64,000 nt of DNA from an uncultured Bacillota bacterium (GCA_963804645.1 CAWDRG010000005.1:32001-96000), one strand, 5' to 3'; counted from the first letter of the stretch, positions 1 through 9,475 are shown. The notes: generated by a model from the letters alone, not told the origin. Program-made: numbers and translations.

Positions 1-53
1 AATTTGTCCGCCTCGTCTTTCGTGATCTCGATGAAGACCTGGGTGGAGAACAT

Positions 54-152
54 CCTCTGGTACGCCTCCCCGAGCCTCTCCACCGTCAGTAGGTGCGCCA
101 ACGACGTGAATTGCAGCGTGTGATCCTGCTTCGTCAGTTCGGATATGCGCTC
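54..152 (-). pseudogene. N-terminal fragment of a group II intron reverse transcriptase/maturase
   Basis: Manual translation gives ERISELTKQDHTLQFTSLAHLLTVERLGEAYQR, which resembles the N-terminus of bacterial group II intron RTs. There is no start codon, and the expected (K/N)xAxGVDG motif does not follow. Confidence 0.6.
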
Positions 153-170
153 TGAAAACGAAAGATGCGC

Positions 171-428
171 CTAGGCTGAGTCATTCTTGGTCGGACGACG
201 CACGAGGTGGGCCGCGATTTGGTAGTTGGCCACCTTGCCCAAGGTGCCCGAGTACTGCCGCACCACCCCGACAGAATGCTTGCCTTGCTTGGGAACCCTG
301 GTGTCATCGACGATCAACAGCCCGGGGCCCATTTCCGCGCACATCACACCCAGTATGCGACAGACCCAGATTAGCGCGAGAAAGATCCGATCGATGGTGG
401 CCCCGCAGCGCTTGAGACGCTCGACCAA
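171..428 (-). mobile_element. IS701-family DDE transposase remnant
   Basis: [35 protein letters not shown] matches the IS701 motif DDT.F.K.G..SVGV.RQY.G..GK..NCQ. Only about 40 aa are recognisable. Confidence 0.85.
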
Positions 429-641
429 CGCCGCCTTCCGCGCGTCGGTGACGAGATAGCTCGCGCCGCCGACCGGCCAGACTCCAGGCGTCGTAAAGAC
501 CCTACCCCCGGCACGCGCGTGAATACCTGGGCCTCCAACGAATGAGCCGCCTGACCCGGGAGTTCACCCCGGCTGACCCGGTGTCGTGTCTCCTCGTTGC
601 CGGTGCCGTCGTCGCGCCAGCGGACCGGGGCGCATCGACAA

Positions 642-656
642 CCGACCGGAGGTCGG
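642..656 (-). terminator. Possible weak hairpin terminator after the transaldolase gene
   Basis: CCGACC-tcc-GGTCGG stem followed by TTGT, 7 nt after the stop codon. Confidence 0.3.
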
Positions 657-663
657 ACGCCGG

Positions 664-1410
664 CTACCGGCTCCGGGGCACGCGCGCCGGCCGGTCGAGC
701 GTATAGCCGGCGTTGACCGCGTCCGTGCGAAACATTCGGACCGTCTCGAGCGAGAACTCGCCGAGGTCCTTCCCCAGCCCGTCGAGCTTCGCGAGGATAT
801 CGGACGTCACGGTGATGACGTGGCACCCGATCGCGTCGGCCTGGAGAACGTTCAGCACCTCGCGCGGGCTCGCCCAGATCAGTTCCACGTTCGGGCTGGG
901 CGCGAGGAGCGCAAGCGCCGCGGTCATCAGCGGCACCGGGTCGCGCCCGGTGTCCGCGATGCGCCCGGCGAACACGGACGCGTACGCGGGCGCGCCGCCG
1001 CGGACGGCCGCGGCCACGTCGCGGACCTGCTCGAGCGTAAACATGGCGGTGACGTTGACCTTGACCCCTGACGCGGAGAGCTCCCGGACGAGCGGAATCG
1101 ACGAGTCGCCGCGCGTGTTCGTGATCGGGATCTTCACGTACACGTGCTGGCCCCACGACGCGATCTCGCGGGCCTGGCGCTGCATCTCGGCGAACTCGTC
1201 CGCGAACACCTCGAACGAGATCGGGCGGTCGGGGATGTGCTCGAGGACATCCAGCGCAAACGCCCGGTAGTCGGCCACGCCGGCCTTCCGCATCAGCGTC
1301 GGATTCGTCGTGAATCCCCGCACGAGTGGATGCCGGTAGAGCGCGACCATCGCGGTCCGATCGGCCCCGTCGGCGAACACCTTGACCCGCAGCTGCGCTC
1401 CCGCCGTCAC
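664..1410 (-). CDS. tal: Transaldolase (short type found in heptose clusters)
   Basis: GFTTNPTL, VYVKIP, VNVTAMF, SVFAGRIAD and LIWASPRE motifs. The GTG start overlaps the upstream stop (GTGA). Confidence 0.9.
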   Translation of the reverse strand: MTAGAQLRVKVFADGADRTAMVALYRHPLVRGFTTNPTLMRKAGVADYRAFALDVLEHIPDRPISFEVFADEFAEMQRQAREIASWGQHVYVKIPITNTRGDSSIPLVRELSASGVKVNVTAMFTLEQVRDVAAAVRGGAPAYASVFAGRIADTGRDPVPLMTAALALLAPSPNVELIWASPREVLNVLQADAIGCHVITVTSDILAKLDGLGKDLGEFSLETVRMFRTDAVNAGYTLDRPARVPRSR

Positions 1411-1985
1411 GGTCTCCCCTTCCCCCGCGCCGCCCTCGACAGGATCCACTCGGCGGCCTCGGCGATCGAGGCGGCCGTGTAGTCCGGCAGCGAGCCGTAC
1501 GCGGGTTCCCCCCAGCCGTCGCCGAGCAGCACCGTCGCGCATCCGGCCCGGCGGCCCGCCTCGACGTCCTTCCAGCGGTCGCCGACCATCACGCTCTCGA
1601 GCAGGTTGATTCTATACCGCTCGGCCGCCTCGAGCAAGAGTCCCGGGCGGGGCTTGCGGCAGTCGCACCCGTCCGCGTCGTCGTGGTAGCACACGAGGAT
1701 CGCGTCGAGCGGCAGGCGCGCAAGCAGAGCCGCGTGCATCGCCTCGACGACCTCGCGGCGCTGCCGGCCGCGGGCGACCTCGGGCTGATTGGTGGCGCCG
1801 ATCAGCAGCAGCCCCGCGTCGCGCAGCCGTGCGAGCGCCTCGGGCACGCCGTCCGGCACCACGAGCTCGTCGAGCGTCGCAGGCGAGTGCGGGCGTCCGT
1901 CGCGCACGATCGCGCGATTGAGGACCCCATCGCGGTCGAGAAATACCGCCGGGCGGCCGTCCGGGCTCAGCGCACGGACTCCCAC
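1407..1985 (-). CDS. gmhB: D-glycero-D-manno-heptose 1,7-bisphosphate phosphatase (HAD IIIA)
   Basis: FLDRDGVLN, TNQ, CYH..CDCRKPRPG and MVGDRWKD motifs. Start position is approximate. Confidence 0.88.
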   Translation of the reverse strand: MGVRALSPDGRPAVFLDRDGVLNRAIVRDGRPHSPATLDELVVPDGVPEALARLRDAGLLLIGATNQPEVARGRQRREVVEAMHAALLARLPLDAILVCYHDDADGCDCRKPRPGLLLEAAERYRINLLESVMVGDRWKDVEAGRRAGCATVLLGDGWGEPAYGSLPDYTAASIAEAAEWILSRAARGKGRP

Positions 1986-2563
1986 TTCGTCGGCGCGCGC
2001 CGGAGCGCGGGATGCGACACCATCAGATGCCAGACGACCGCCTGGAACGCCTCGGCGTGCGGGGTGACGCGGTCCGGCGAGACCGTCGGCACGATCACGC
2101 ACGCGTCCGCGACCTCCGCGGTATAGCCGCCCGCGCGGCCGACGATCCCGATCACGCGCGCCCCGACCTGCTTCGCGTACCGGACGGCGTGGACGAGGTT
2201 CGGGCTGACGTTGCGGGCCAGGTCTCCGCCGCCCACAGAGAGCACCAGCACGAGATCGCGCCCATCGAGCCGGCTCGTGCGCAGCCACCCCTCGAACGCG
2301 GTGGCCCAGCCCTCGTCGTTGGTTCGGGCGGTGAGCTCGGATACGTTGTCGGTCGGCGCGTAGGCCTCGATTTCGGTGATCTTTCGAAAGTCGTTGACGG
2401 CGTGGGACGCGTTGGCCGCGCTCCCCCCGACGCCCAGGATGAAGAGCCGGCCGCCCCGCTCGCGGGTCTCGACCAGCAGAGCCACGGCCCGCTCCACCGC
2501 GTCCGCGTCGAGCGCCTGGGCGATCGCGGCCGCCTCATCAAGGTACTGCCTCGCGAAGCTCAT
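1967..2563 (-). CDS. gmhA: Phosphoheptose isomerase (SIS domain)
   Basis: GVGGSAANASH, TARTND, LSVGGG, SPNL and EAFQ..WH motifs. Adjacent to gmhB. Confidence 0.85.
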   Translation of the reverse strand: MSFARQYLDEAAAIAQALDADAVERAVALLVETRERGGRLFILGVGGSAANASHAVNDFRKITEIEAYAPTDNVSELTARTNDEGWATAFEGWLRTSRLDGRDLVLVLSVGGGDLARNVSPNLVHAVRYAKQVGARVIGIVGRAGGYTAEVADACVIVPTVSPDRVTPHAEAFQAVVWHLMVSHPALRRAPTKWESVR

Positions 2564-2639
2564 CGCCGCGCCTCCTCCGGCCGCGTCTCGGCGCGCCGCG
2601 TGTGAGGCGTCAGGAGTTCCCGAATCGACCCGTGCGCGG

Positions 2640-2885
2640 TCAGGAGCGGTCCCCCGCAGTCCCGAGGGCCCGCTCGAGCGCGCCGACCTTGGCTTCGAGC
2701 GCCCGCTGCTTCGCCGTCACGTCGGCGAACAGGCCGAGCGTCACGAGTGCCAGCCCGAGCACGCAGCCCGCGATATCGACGTAGCTCACGGATCCCCCGT
2801 ACTTCCCAGGCAGATACAGGTTCACCACGGCCACCCCGAACAGCACCGCCGGCACCGTGATCGCCAGGCGTGACAGTCCGGCCAT
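2640..2885 (-). CDS. Small membrane protein (2 TM segments plus a coiled-coil-like tail)
   Basis: ATG with a GGAGG RBS, two hydrophobic segments, then KQRALEAKVGALERAL. Confidence 0.65.
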   Translation of the reverse strand: MAGLSRLAITVPAVLFGVAVVNLYLPGKYGGSVSYVDIAGCVLGLALVTLGLFADVTAKQRALEAKVGALERALGTAGDRS

Positions 2886-2928
2886 CGCCGCACCTCCTCG
2901 ATCGCCGCGGCGCGTGCGCCGCGACGCC

Positions 2929-3978
2929 CTACCGCTCTGTCCACGTCCACAACGATTCCGCGCCGCGCCGCCGCCACAGCCGCACGAGCACCCCGCTGCC
3001 CCACGCCATGTGGATGCACGGAAACGCCGCCGCGACGCGCGGCCACAGCCCCAGGCGTCCGGCGGCCGCGGACGCCGCGATCGCAGCAGCGAGGTCGCAC
3101 ACCACGTAGGCGCCGAGGAGCGCGCCGAACGCGGCGAGGCTCCAGCGGCTGACAAACGACAGCGCCCCCAGCACGACCAGCGCCGCGACCAGGGCCGGGG
3201 GCACCGCCTGGCGCCAGGACGTGAGGTTCCCGTGCTTTAAGAGATTACCCGCTCTGGCGCCGCCGTAGCGGAAGTACAGCTTCCACAGCGCCCCGAGGGT
3301 CTCCCGAGGATAGTAGCCGACCACGATCGCGGTGTCGAGATAGACGCGTCCACCGGCCTCGCGAATCCGCTGGTTGATGTCCGAGTCCTCGCTGAGCAGC
3401 GGCGCGTCCTCGTCGAACAGGCCCACCCGGTCGAACACCTCGCGGCGAAAGCAGCCGAGATAGACCGAGTCCACAAACCCGCTCCGCCGCCCGAGCCGGA
3501 ACTGCGCGTTGCCCACGCCGAACGGGTGCGACATCGCGAGCCCGATCGCCTCCTGCATCGGCGCCGCCGCGATCGGCTTCTGGATGCCGCCGACGTTGTC
3601 GGCGCCGGTCCGCTCAAGCGCGTCGACGCAGCGCGCCAGATAGTCGCGCGGCACCAGGGCCCGCGCGTCGATGCGGGCGATCACACTCCCGCGCGCGGCG
3701 CGGATGCCGGTGTTGACCGCGGACGGGCGCTGGCGCTTGGGATCGTCGACGAGGCGCAGGGCGGGACCGTCGGCCCCTCCGCCGGCGCGCTCCGCGATCA
3801 GCCGCTCCACGTGCTCGCGCGTCCCGTCGTCGCTCAATCCATCCACGACGATGACCTCGACCCGACCGGGAGGATACGTCTGCTCCAATAGGCGGCGCAG
3901 GCACGCATCGACGTGCGGCGCTTCGTTCCAGACCGGCACGACGACCGACACGAAGGGGCAGTCCGCGGCCGCGCTCAC
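2929..3978 (-). CDS. GT2 glycosyltransferase (ExoA-like)
   Basis: SVVVPVWNE, VVDGLSDDGT, RIDAR, SEDSD motifs and C-terminal TM helices. Confidence 0.9.
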   Translation of the reverse strand: MSAAADCPFVSVVVPVWNEAPHVDACLRRLLEQTYPPGRVEVIVVDGLSDDGTREHVERLIAERAGGGADGPALRLVDDPKRQRPSAVNTGIRAARGSVIARIDARALVPRDYLARCVDALERTGADNVGGIQKPIAAAPMQEAIGLAMSHPFGVGNAQFRLGRRSGFVDSVYLGCFRREVFDRVGLFDEDAPLLSEDSDINQRIREAGGRVYLDTAIVVGYYPRETLGALWKLYFRYGGARAGNLLKHGNLTSWRQAVPPALVAALVVLGALSFVSRWSLAAFGALLGAYVVCDLAAAIAASAAAGRLGLWPRVAAAFPCIHMAWGSGVLVRLWRRRGAESLWTWTER

Positions 3979-4976
3979 GCCCGGACCGCCCCCCGGGACG
4001 CGGCCCGGGTGTCGCGGCGCCGGGTCCCGCGCTCGAACGACCGGCGCTGCCGCCAGCGCCAGATCCGGATCGTCGAGGATTTCACCGCCGGCGCCGGCAC
4101 GGCCGAGACGACCGCCCGCAGGACCAGGCTCGCGGGGCCGGGGAGCGCGCGCGCGATCGCGTCGTTGAACCCGGGCTTGTCGCCGTTCGCGAGGTAGGCC
4201 GCGGCGAGATTGAGGCGGCAGCGCCGCAGGATGCGCGGCGCCCCGAGCGCCGCGCGCTCAGACTCACTCATCTCCCCAAACAGGCGCTCAAACATGCTGA
4301 GCGCGTTCCGCTTGAGGATCCACTGAATCTCCATCGTCGTGTTGCTGTCCTCCCGCACCTCCACGACCGCCAAATCCTCGGGCACGTACCCGAACCGGAC
4401 GCCGGCCCGCAGGAGGCGGAGGCACAGGTCCCACTCCTCCGGGAAGTACCGATCCTCGCGGAAGAAAAAGCCGCGCCGCAGCACGTCCCCGCGCACCATG
4501 AGCGTGTTCGGATTGATGAGCGACGCGTGCAGCAGCGCGTGGAACACGTCCCGGTCGCCGAGCGAGATGGGCCGGCGGAACACGCGGGACGGGTCGTGCG
4601 CGTAGAAGTGCAGCGCGTCGCAGAACACGGCGCCGTACTCGGGCCGGGCCTCGAGCCACGCGACCTCCCGCGCGACCTTGGCGGAGAGATAGAAGTCGTC
4701 GGCATCGAGAAACGTGATGTAGTCGCCCCGGCTCTCGCGGATGCCGCGGTTGCGGGCCGGGCCCTGGCCCTGGTTCGGCTGGGACAGCACCCGGACGCGG
4801 CCGTCCGGGATCCCGCGGGCGATCTCGGCGGTCCGGTCGGTCGAGCCGTCGTCGACGACGAGGATCTCGAGGCGGTCGTACGTCTGCTCGAGCGCGCTGC
4901 GCAGCGCGCGCAGGAGAAACCGCTCCGCGTTGTACGCGGGCACGATGATCGAGACGAGCGGCGCCGCGTCCCTCAC
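3975..4976 (-). CDS. GT2 glycosyltransferase
   Basis: SIIVPAYNAE, VVDDGSTD and FLDADD motifs. GTGA start/stop overlap. Confidence 0.9.
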   Translation of the reverse strand: MRDAAPLVSIIVPAYNAERFLLRALRSALEQTYDRLEILVVDDGSTDRTAEIARGIPDGRVRVLSQPNQGQGPARNRGIRESRGDYITFLDADDFYLSAKVAREVAWLEARPEYGAVFCDALHFYAHDPSRVFRRPISLGDRDVFHALLHASLINPNTLMVRGDVLRRGFFFREDRYFPEEWDLCLRLLRAGVRFGYVPEDLAVVEVREDSNTTMEIQWILKRNALSMFERLFGEMSESERAALGAPRILRRCRLNLAAAYLANGDKPGFNDAIARALPGPASLVLRAVVSAVPAPAVKSSTIRIWRWRQRRSFERGTRRRDTRAASRGAVRA

Positions 4977-5758
4977 CGCCGCCCCTCCGCGCCGGCGGCG
5001 CCCCCGCGCGGCGCGGGCAGCCCATGCCACGTCCGCTCGAGCCGCGCGAGGTCCTCGGGACGGTCGATCCACCACAACCCCTCGTCCGCGGACATCGGAT
5101 AGCCGTACAGGGCCTCGCCGCGTGCGAGCAGCGCCGGAAACACGTCGCGGCCGAAGTCGCAGAACCGGCCCCCGGGGATCGCCGCCAGCACGCGCGGGTC
5201 CAGGACGAAGATCCCGGCGCTGATCCAGTGGCTGAACACCTCGGCGGGCGCCGGCTTCTCGAGAAAGCGCGTGATCCGCCCTTCAGGGGTGAGCCCGACG
5301 ATGCCGCTCTGCGTCGGGTCGTCGCGGTGGAAGAGCGCGATCGTCGCGGCCGCCCCCGGTCCCGCGCGGTGCCGCGCCCAGAGCCGGTCGAGCCGGCAGG
5401 CGCTGAGGTTGTCGCCGTACCACACGATGAACGGCGCCTCGAATCCGCGCGCGCCGAGCCTGACGGCGCCCGCGGTGCCGAGCAACTCCTCCTCGCGCGA
5501 GTAGGCGATCCGGACCCCGAAGCGCGTGCCGTCGCCGAAGTGGCGCTCGACGACCTCGGCGAGGTGGTGCACGTTGATCACCAGATCGGTGACGCCGTAC
5601 CCCCGCAGCCACAGCACCGTGTGCTCGAGCAGCGGCCGGCCGGCGAGGGGAATCATGCACTTTGGCACGCGGTCGGTGAGCGGCCGCAGCCGCGTGCCGA
5701 GACCGGCCGCCAGGATCATGGCGCGCGTCGGCACGGCGTCGGGCCGCTCAGACGTCAT
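4973..5758 (-). CDS. Sugar-1-phosphate nucleotidyltransferase (HddC/GMPP-like)
   Basis: AMILAAGLGTRLRPLT..PK, LGTAGA, FLEKP and DFGRDVFP motifs. Lies in a heptose cluster. Confidence 0.88.
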   Translation of the reverse strand: MTSERPDAVPTRAMILAAGLGTRLRPLTDRVPKCMIPLAGRPLLEHTVLWLRGYGVTDLVINVHHLAEVVERHFGDGTRFGVRIAYSREEELLGTAGAVRLGARGFEAPFIVWYGDNLSACRLDRLWARHRAGPGAAATIALFHRDDPTQSGIVGLTPEGRITRFLEKPAPAEVFSHWISAGIFVLDPRVLAAIPGGRFCDFGRDVFPALLARGEALYGYPMSADEGLWWIDRPEDLARLERTWHGLPAPRGGAAGAEGRR

Positions 5759-6806
5759 CGCGGTCGAGGCGCACGGCGGCGCCGGTCTGTGCCGACCGGT
5801 ACACGGCGTGCGCCATCCGGAGCGCCTCGAGGCCGTCGCGCCCGCTGCCGAGCGGCACCCGGCCCTCCAGAATCGCCCCCGTGAACTCCCGCCACTCCGC
5901 GTCCCACGACCCGTCCGGCGCCGGAAACTCGACGTGCTGCTCCTCGGGCGGACCCGACTCGGGGCGGCGGCGTCCCCACGTGAGGCGCTCCGGGCCGTAG
6001 CTGGCGCCGAGCCCGTCGGCGATGACGTAGCCGTCGCCGCCGAACACTTCGTAGGAGAACAGGTTCTTCCACTGCGTCCAGCTCGCGTGCACCGACGCGA
6101 CGCGGCCCTGCGCCGTGCGAAACAGCCCGAACGCGTTGTCCTCGACGGGACGGACGCCCGGGTCGAGGCCTGGGGGTGTCCAGACATAGGTCTCGGCAAA
6201 CCCGAATGCCTCCGCGAACTCGCCGAGAAACCACCGGCTCAGATCGATGACGTGGATCCCCTGGTCAAGCAGCTCCCCGCCCCCTGCGCGCTCGCGGTCG
6301 GCCCGCCATTCCGCGGCGTACCCCGGGCGGCCGCCGTGCCCGTACCGGGCGCGGACGAAGCATGGCTCGCCGATGTCGCCCGCCGCCACGAGCGCGTACG
6401 CCCGCTGCACCGCTGCATGGTGCCGGTGATTGAACCCGACCTTGACGACGAGCCGTCCCGCGCTTCCGGCTGCGGACAGGATCGCGCGGGCTTCCGCGGG
6501 GGTGCGCGCCATCGGCTTCTCGACCAGCACGTGCTTCCCGCACTGCAGCGCCTCGATCGCGATCGGGGCGAGCCAGTTGTGCGGGGTGGCGACGATCACG
6601 ACGTCGACGCCGTCCCGGCGGACCGCGGCCTGCCAGTCCGGCGCCGCATCGCACCCATAGGCCGCCGCGGCCGCCGCGGCGCGCGCGGCATCGAGATCCG
6701 CGACCGCGACCACGGTCCCGATGCCGGTCGACCGGACCACGTCGGCCCGGCGGCGGCCGATGAGGCCGCACCCCACCACGGCGACGCGGGGAGACGCAGA
6801 CGCCAT
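5748..6806 (-). CDS. Gfo/Idh/MocA family oxidoreductase
   Basis: GCGLIG, HVLVEKP, GFNHRH and GGGELLDQGIH motifs. Confidence 0.9.
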   Translation of the reverse strand: MASASPRVAVVGCGLIGRRRADVVRSTGIGTVVAVADLDAARAAAAAAAYGCDAAPDWQAAVRRDGVDVVIVATPHNWLAPIAIEALQCGKHVLVEKPMARTPAEARAILSAAGSAGRLVVKVGFNHRHHAAVQRAYALVAAGDIGEPCFVRARYGHGGRPGYAAEWRADRERAGGGELLDQGIHVIDLSRWFLGEFAEAFGFAETYVWTPPGLDPGVRPVEDNAFGLFRTAQGRVASVHASWTQWKNLFSYEVFGGDGYVIADGLGASYGPERLTWGRRRPESGPPEEQHVEFPAPDGSWDAEWREFTGAILEGRVPLGSGRDGLEALRMAHAVYRSAQTGAAVRLDRDDV

Positions 6807-6835
6807 TCCGGGTCCGCGGCGGCGGGGAAGCCCCG

Positions 6836-7753
6836 CTAGCCGCCTTCCTCCGCGAGCTCGCGGACGAGCGGCGCGAGCGTGTGCCGGTCGAGCCTGCGCA
6901 GCGTCAGCCACGGGGACGCCGCGAGGGCGGCGATCCGCGCGGCGTCCCACGACCGCCAGTCGTCGTAGGGGGCCGCGATCAGCTTGCCGGTGAGGCCGTC
7001 CGCCTCGTCGGATGCGAGGTACGCGACGAGCTCCGCGGCGAGCGTCGGGGGCACGCCGCCCTGGCCGCTCTCACGCAGCTCGCGGATGCGGGCCGCGAGC
7101 GGGCCGGCGCGTTCGCCCGCCTCGAGCACGTCGTCCTGCAGGCGCGTATCGACCGCGCCCGGCGCGATCGCGTTGACCTGCACGTCAAACTCGCGCGCCT
7201 CTTCCGCGAGCGTCTCGGTCAGGCGCACGACCGCGGCCTTCGATACGCCGTACGCCGAGAAGCGCGCGAGCGGGGCGGTCGCCCCGCCGCCGGAGAAGTT
7301 GATGATCTTGCCGCGGCGGCGCGCGATCATCTGCGGCAGCACGGCGCGGCAGCAGAGAAACGTGCCGACCAGATTGACGTGCAGCGCGCGCACCCACTGG
7401 GCCGGGTCGACTTCCCAGGTCACGCCGATCGGCCCGTAGACGCCGGCGGCGTTGACGAGCACCTCCACCGGTCCGTACGCGTCGAGCGCGGCGCGCGCCA
7501 CGCGGTCGACGTCCTCGGGCCGGGACACATCGGCGGACACGGTCCGGGCGGCCCCGCCCCGCTGCCGGACGGCCGCGGCGACGCGCTCGAGTTCGGAGGG
7601 GGTCCGCGAGACCAGCACAAGCGGCCGCCCGGCCGCGGCGAGCGCGTAGGCCGCCGCCTCGCCGAGACCCCGGCCGCCGCCCGTGACGATCGCCGCCCCG
7701 GGCTCAGCCACGGTCCCGCCCGCGCTCGGCTGCGGGTGCGATCCTCCGCTCAC
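6836..7753 (-). CDS. SDR family oxidoreductase
   Basis: TGGGRGLG, VNAAG, YGVSK and NAIAPG motifs. Confidence 0.9.
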   Translation of the reverse strand: MSGGSHPQPSAGGTVAEPGAAIVTGGGRGLGEAAAYALAAAGRPLVLVSRTPSELERVAAAVRQRGGAARTVSADVSRPEDVDRVARAALDAYGPVEVLVNAAGVYGPIGVTWEVDPAQWVRALHVNLVGTFLCCRAVLPQMIARRRGKIINFSGGGATAPLARFSAYGVSKAAVVRLTETLAEEAREFDVQVNAIAPGAVDTRLQDDVLEAGERAGPLAARIRELRESGQGGVPPTLAAELVAYLASDEADGLTGKLIAAPYDDWRSWDAARIAALAASPWLTLRRLDRHTLAPLVRELAEEGG

Positions 7754-8949
7754 CGCTCGGCACGCTGCACGACCCCCTGGTCGCGCATGACGCGCTCGGC
7801 CTCCTCGAGATAGTCCCGGCTCCCCGCCTGCGAGCGGATCCAGGCCACGTACTCGCGCACGCTCTCCTCCACCGGGATGGTGGGCGCCCAGCCGAGTGCG
7901 CGCAGGCGCGAGATGTCCGAGATCGTATGGCGCGTATCACCCAGCCGGAACTCCCCCGCGACGAGCGGCACCGCCGTACTGTCGAACGCGTCGAGCATCA
8001 TCTGCGCCAGCTCCAGGACCGTCACGGCGCGTCCGCCGCCGACGTTGAAGACGCCGAAGTCCGCGCGCGGGTCCCGCAGCACGAGCACGTTCGCGCGGGC
8101 GACGTCGCGAACGTTCACGTAGTCGCGCAGCTGCTGCCCGTCCTCGTACACCACCGGGGGCAGGCCGTGCATCAGGCGCAGCGCGAACCGCCGCGTGGCG
8201 CCGGAATACGCGTTGTAGAACGAGTTGCGCGGCCCCTGCACGTACGTGTAGCGCATGCAGGCGGTGGGCACGCCGTAGCGCCGGCCCAACCGGTCGGCGA
8301 GCAGCTCGATCGCGTACTTCGAGATCCCGTACGCGGTGCCGGGGCTGATCGTCTCCTCGTCGATCAGGAGCGGCTGCATCTCCCCGCCGCACACCGGACA
8401 CCGCACCTCCCACTCGCCCCGCCGGAGCTGTTCCAGCGGCCGCGCGCCCGGCACGCGCACCGCCCAGTGGGGGAGGTCGGCGAGCGCGTCGGGGCCGCGC
8501 TCCAGCTGCTCGCGCATCGTCGGGGCCTTGCGGCCGCCGGCGCACCGGGGACAGAAGTACCGGCCTTCCCCGCTCACCGCCTGGGAGGATGCGAACACGA
8601 TCTTGCGCACGGGAAAGCGCCGCGGGTCCGCGACGATCAGCTCAAACAGGAGCGCGGCGCTCTCGGCGTTCGTGTGGATGAACCGCGAAAATTCGGGCAG
8701 ATAATCCTGGTACGCCGCGAGATGCATCACGCAGTCGACGCCGGCGAGGGCCTCGCGGAGCGTCGCGGGGTCGGAGACATCGCCCCGCACGAACTCGGCG
8801 GCGGCCGGGACCCACGCCGGCATCCCGTCAGGATGGACCCGCGGCTGCAGCGCGTCGAGGATGCGGACGCGGTACCCCTCGGCCAGGAGCTGATCGACCG
8901 TGTGGGAGCCGATGAACCCGGCCCCGCCGGTCACAAGACACCGCGTCAC
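7750..8949 (-). CDS. NAD-dependent epimerase/dehydratase with a Cys-rich insert (WbiB-like)
   Basis: TGGAGFIGSH and YGISK motifs, with CPRC...CPVC inserted after ASSQAVSGEG. Confidence 0.85.
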   Translation of the reverse strand: MTRCLVTGGAGFIGSHTVDQLLAEGYRVRILDALQPRVHPDGMPAWVPAAAEFVRGDVSDPATLREALAGVDCVMHLAAYQDYLPEFSRFIHTNAESAALLFELIVADPRRFPVRKIVFASSQAVSGEGRYFCPRCAGGRKAPTMREQLERGPDALADLPHWAVRVPGARPLEQLRRGEWEVRCPVCGGEMQPLLIDEETISPGTAYGISKYAIELLADRLGRRYGVPTACMRYTYVQGPRNSFYNAYSGATRRFALRLMHGLPPVVYEDGQQLRDYVNVRDVARANVLVLRDPRADFGVFNVGGGRAVTVLELAQMMLDAFDSTAVPLVAGEFRLGDTRHTISDISRLRALGWAPTIPVEESVREYVAWIRSQAGSRDYLEEAERVMRDQGVVQRAER

Positions 8950-8986
8950 GCGCCGGCCCTCCCGCCAACGCGGGCGCCGGGATGGC

Positions 8987-9475
8987 TCAAATGTCCGGAC
9001 ACAACCCCGAGAGCTGCTTGACCGACACCTGCTCGGTCAAGTCCGCGATCGTAATTTCGATCGCGAGCGGATTGCTCGCCTGGCCGTTGTCCACGCACGC
9101 CAGCACCGGGTTGCCGTTGCAGGGCCCGGCCTCGGACACGGTGCCGTTCGGCATGAACGTATTCCGGTAGCATCCGGTTAGATCGATGGGCGGATTGACC
9201 GTGCCGGTGGCGATCGTCTGATTGAACCCCTGCCGCACGACCCAGCTCTGGGGATGCCCGCCGTTGCCGTAGATCCACCAGGTGATCTGCTGTTGCTGCG
9301 TGGTGGCGTCCGACTCGGCGTGCCGCGCCTCGGTGACCAGCAGCGCCGCCAGTGAACGGACCTGCGAATTCGTCTGATAGCCCTGCAGCGACGGCATCAT
9401 CAGCGTGGCCAGCAGCCCCATCAGCGCCACCGCGATGGTCAGTTCCAGAACCGTAAACCCACGCACCGACCGCAT
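8987..9475 (-). CDS. Type IV (pseudo)pilin with a prepilin cleavage/methylation motif (FimT/GspH-like)
   Basis: MRSVRG|FTVLELTIAVALMGLLATLMMP class III signal (G-1, F+1, E+5), four Cys, GGAGG RBS. Confidence 0.85.
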   Translation of the reverse strand: MRSVRGFTVLELTIAVALMGLLATLMMPSLQGYQTNSQVRSLAALLVTEARHAESDATTQQQQITWWIYGNGGHPQSWVVRQGFNQTIATGTVNPPIDLTGCYRNTFMPNGTVSEAGPCNGNPVLACVDNGQASNPLAIEITIADLTEQVSVKQLSGLCPDI

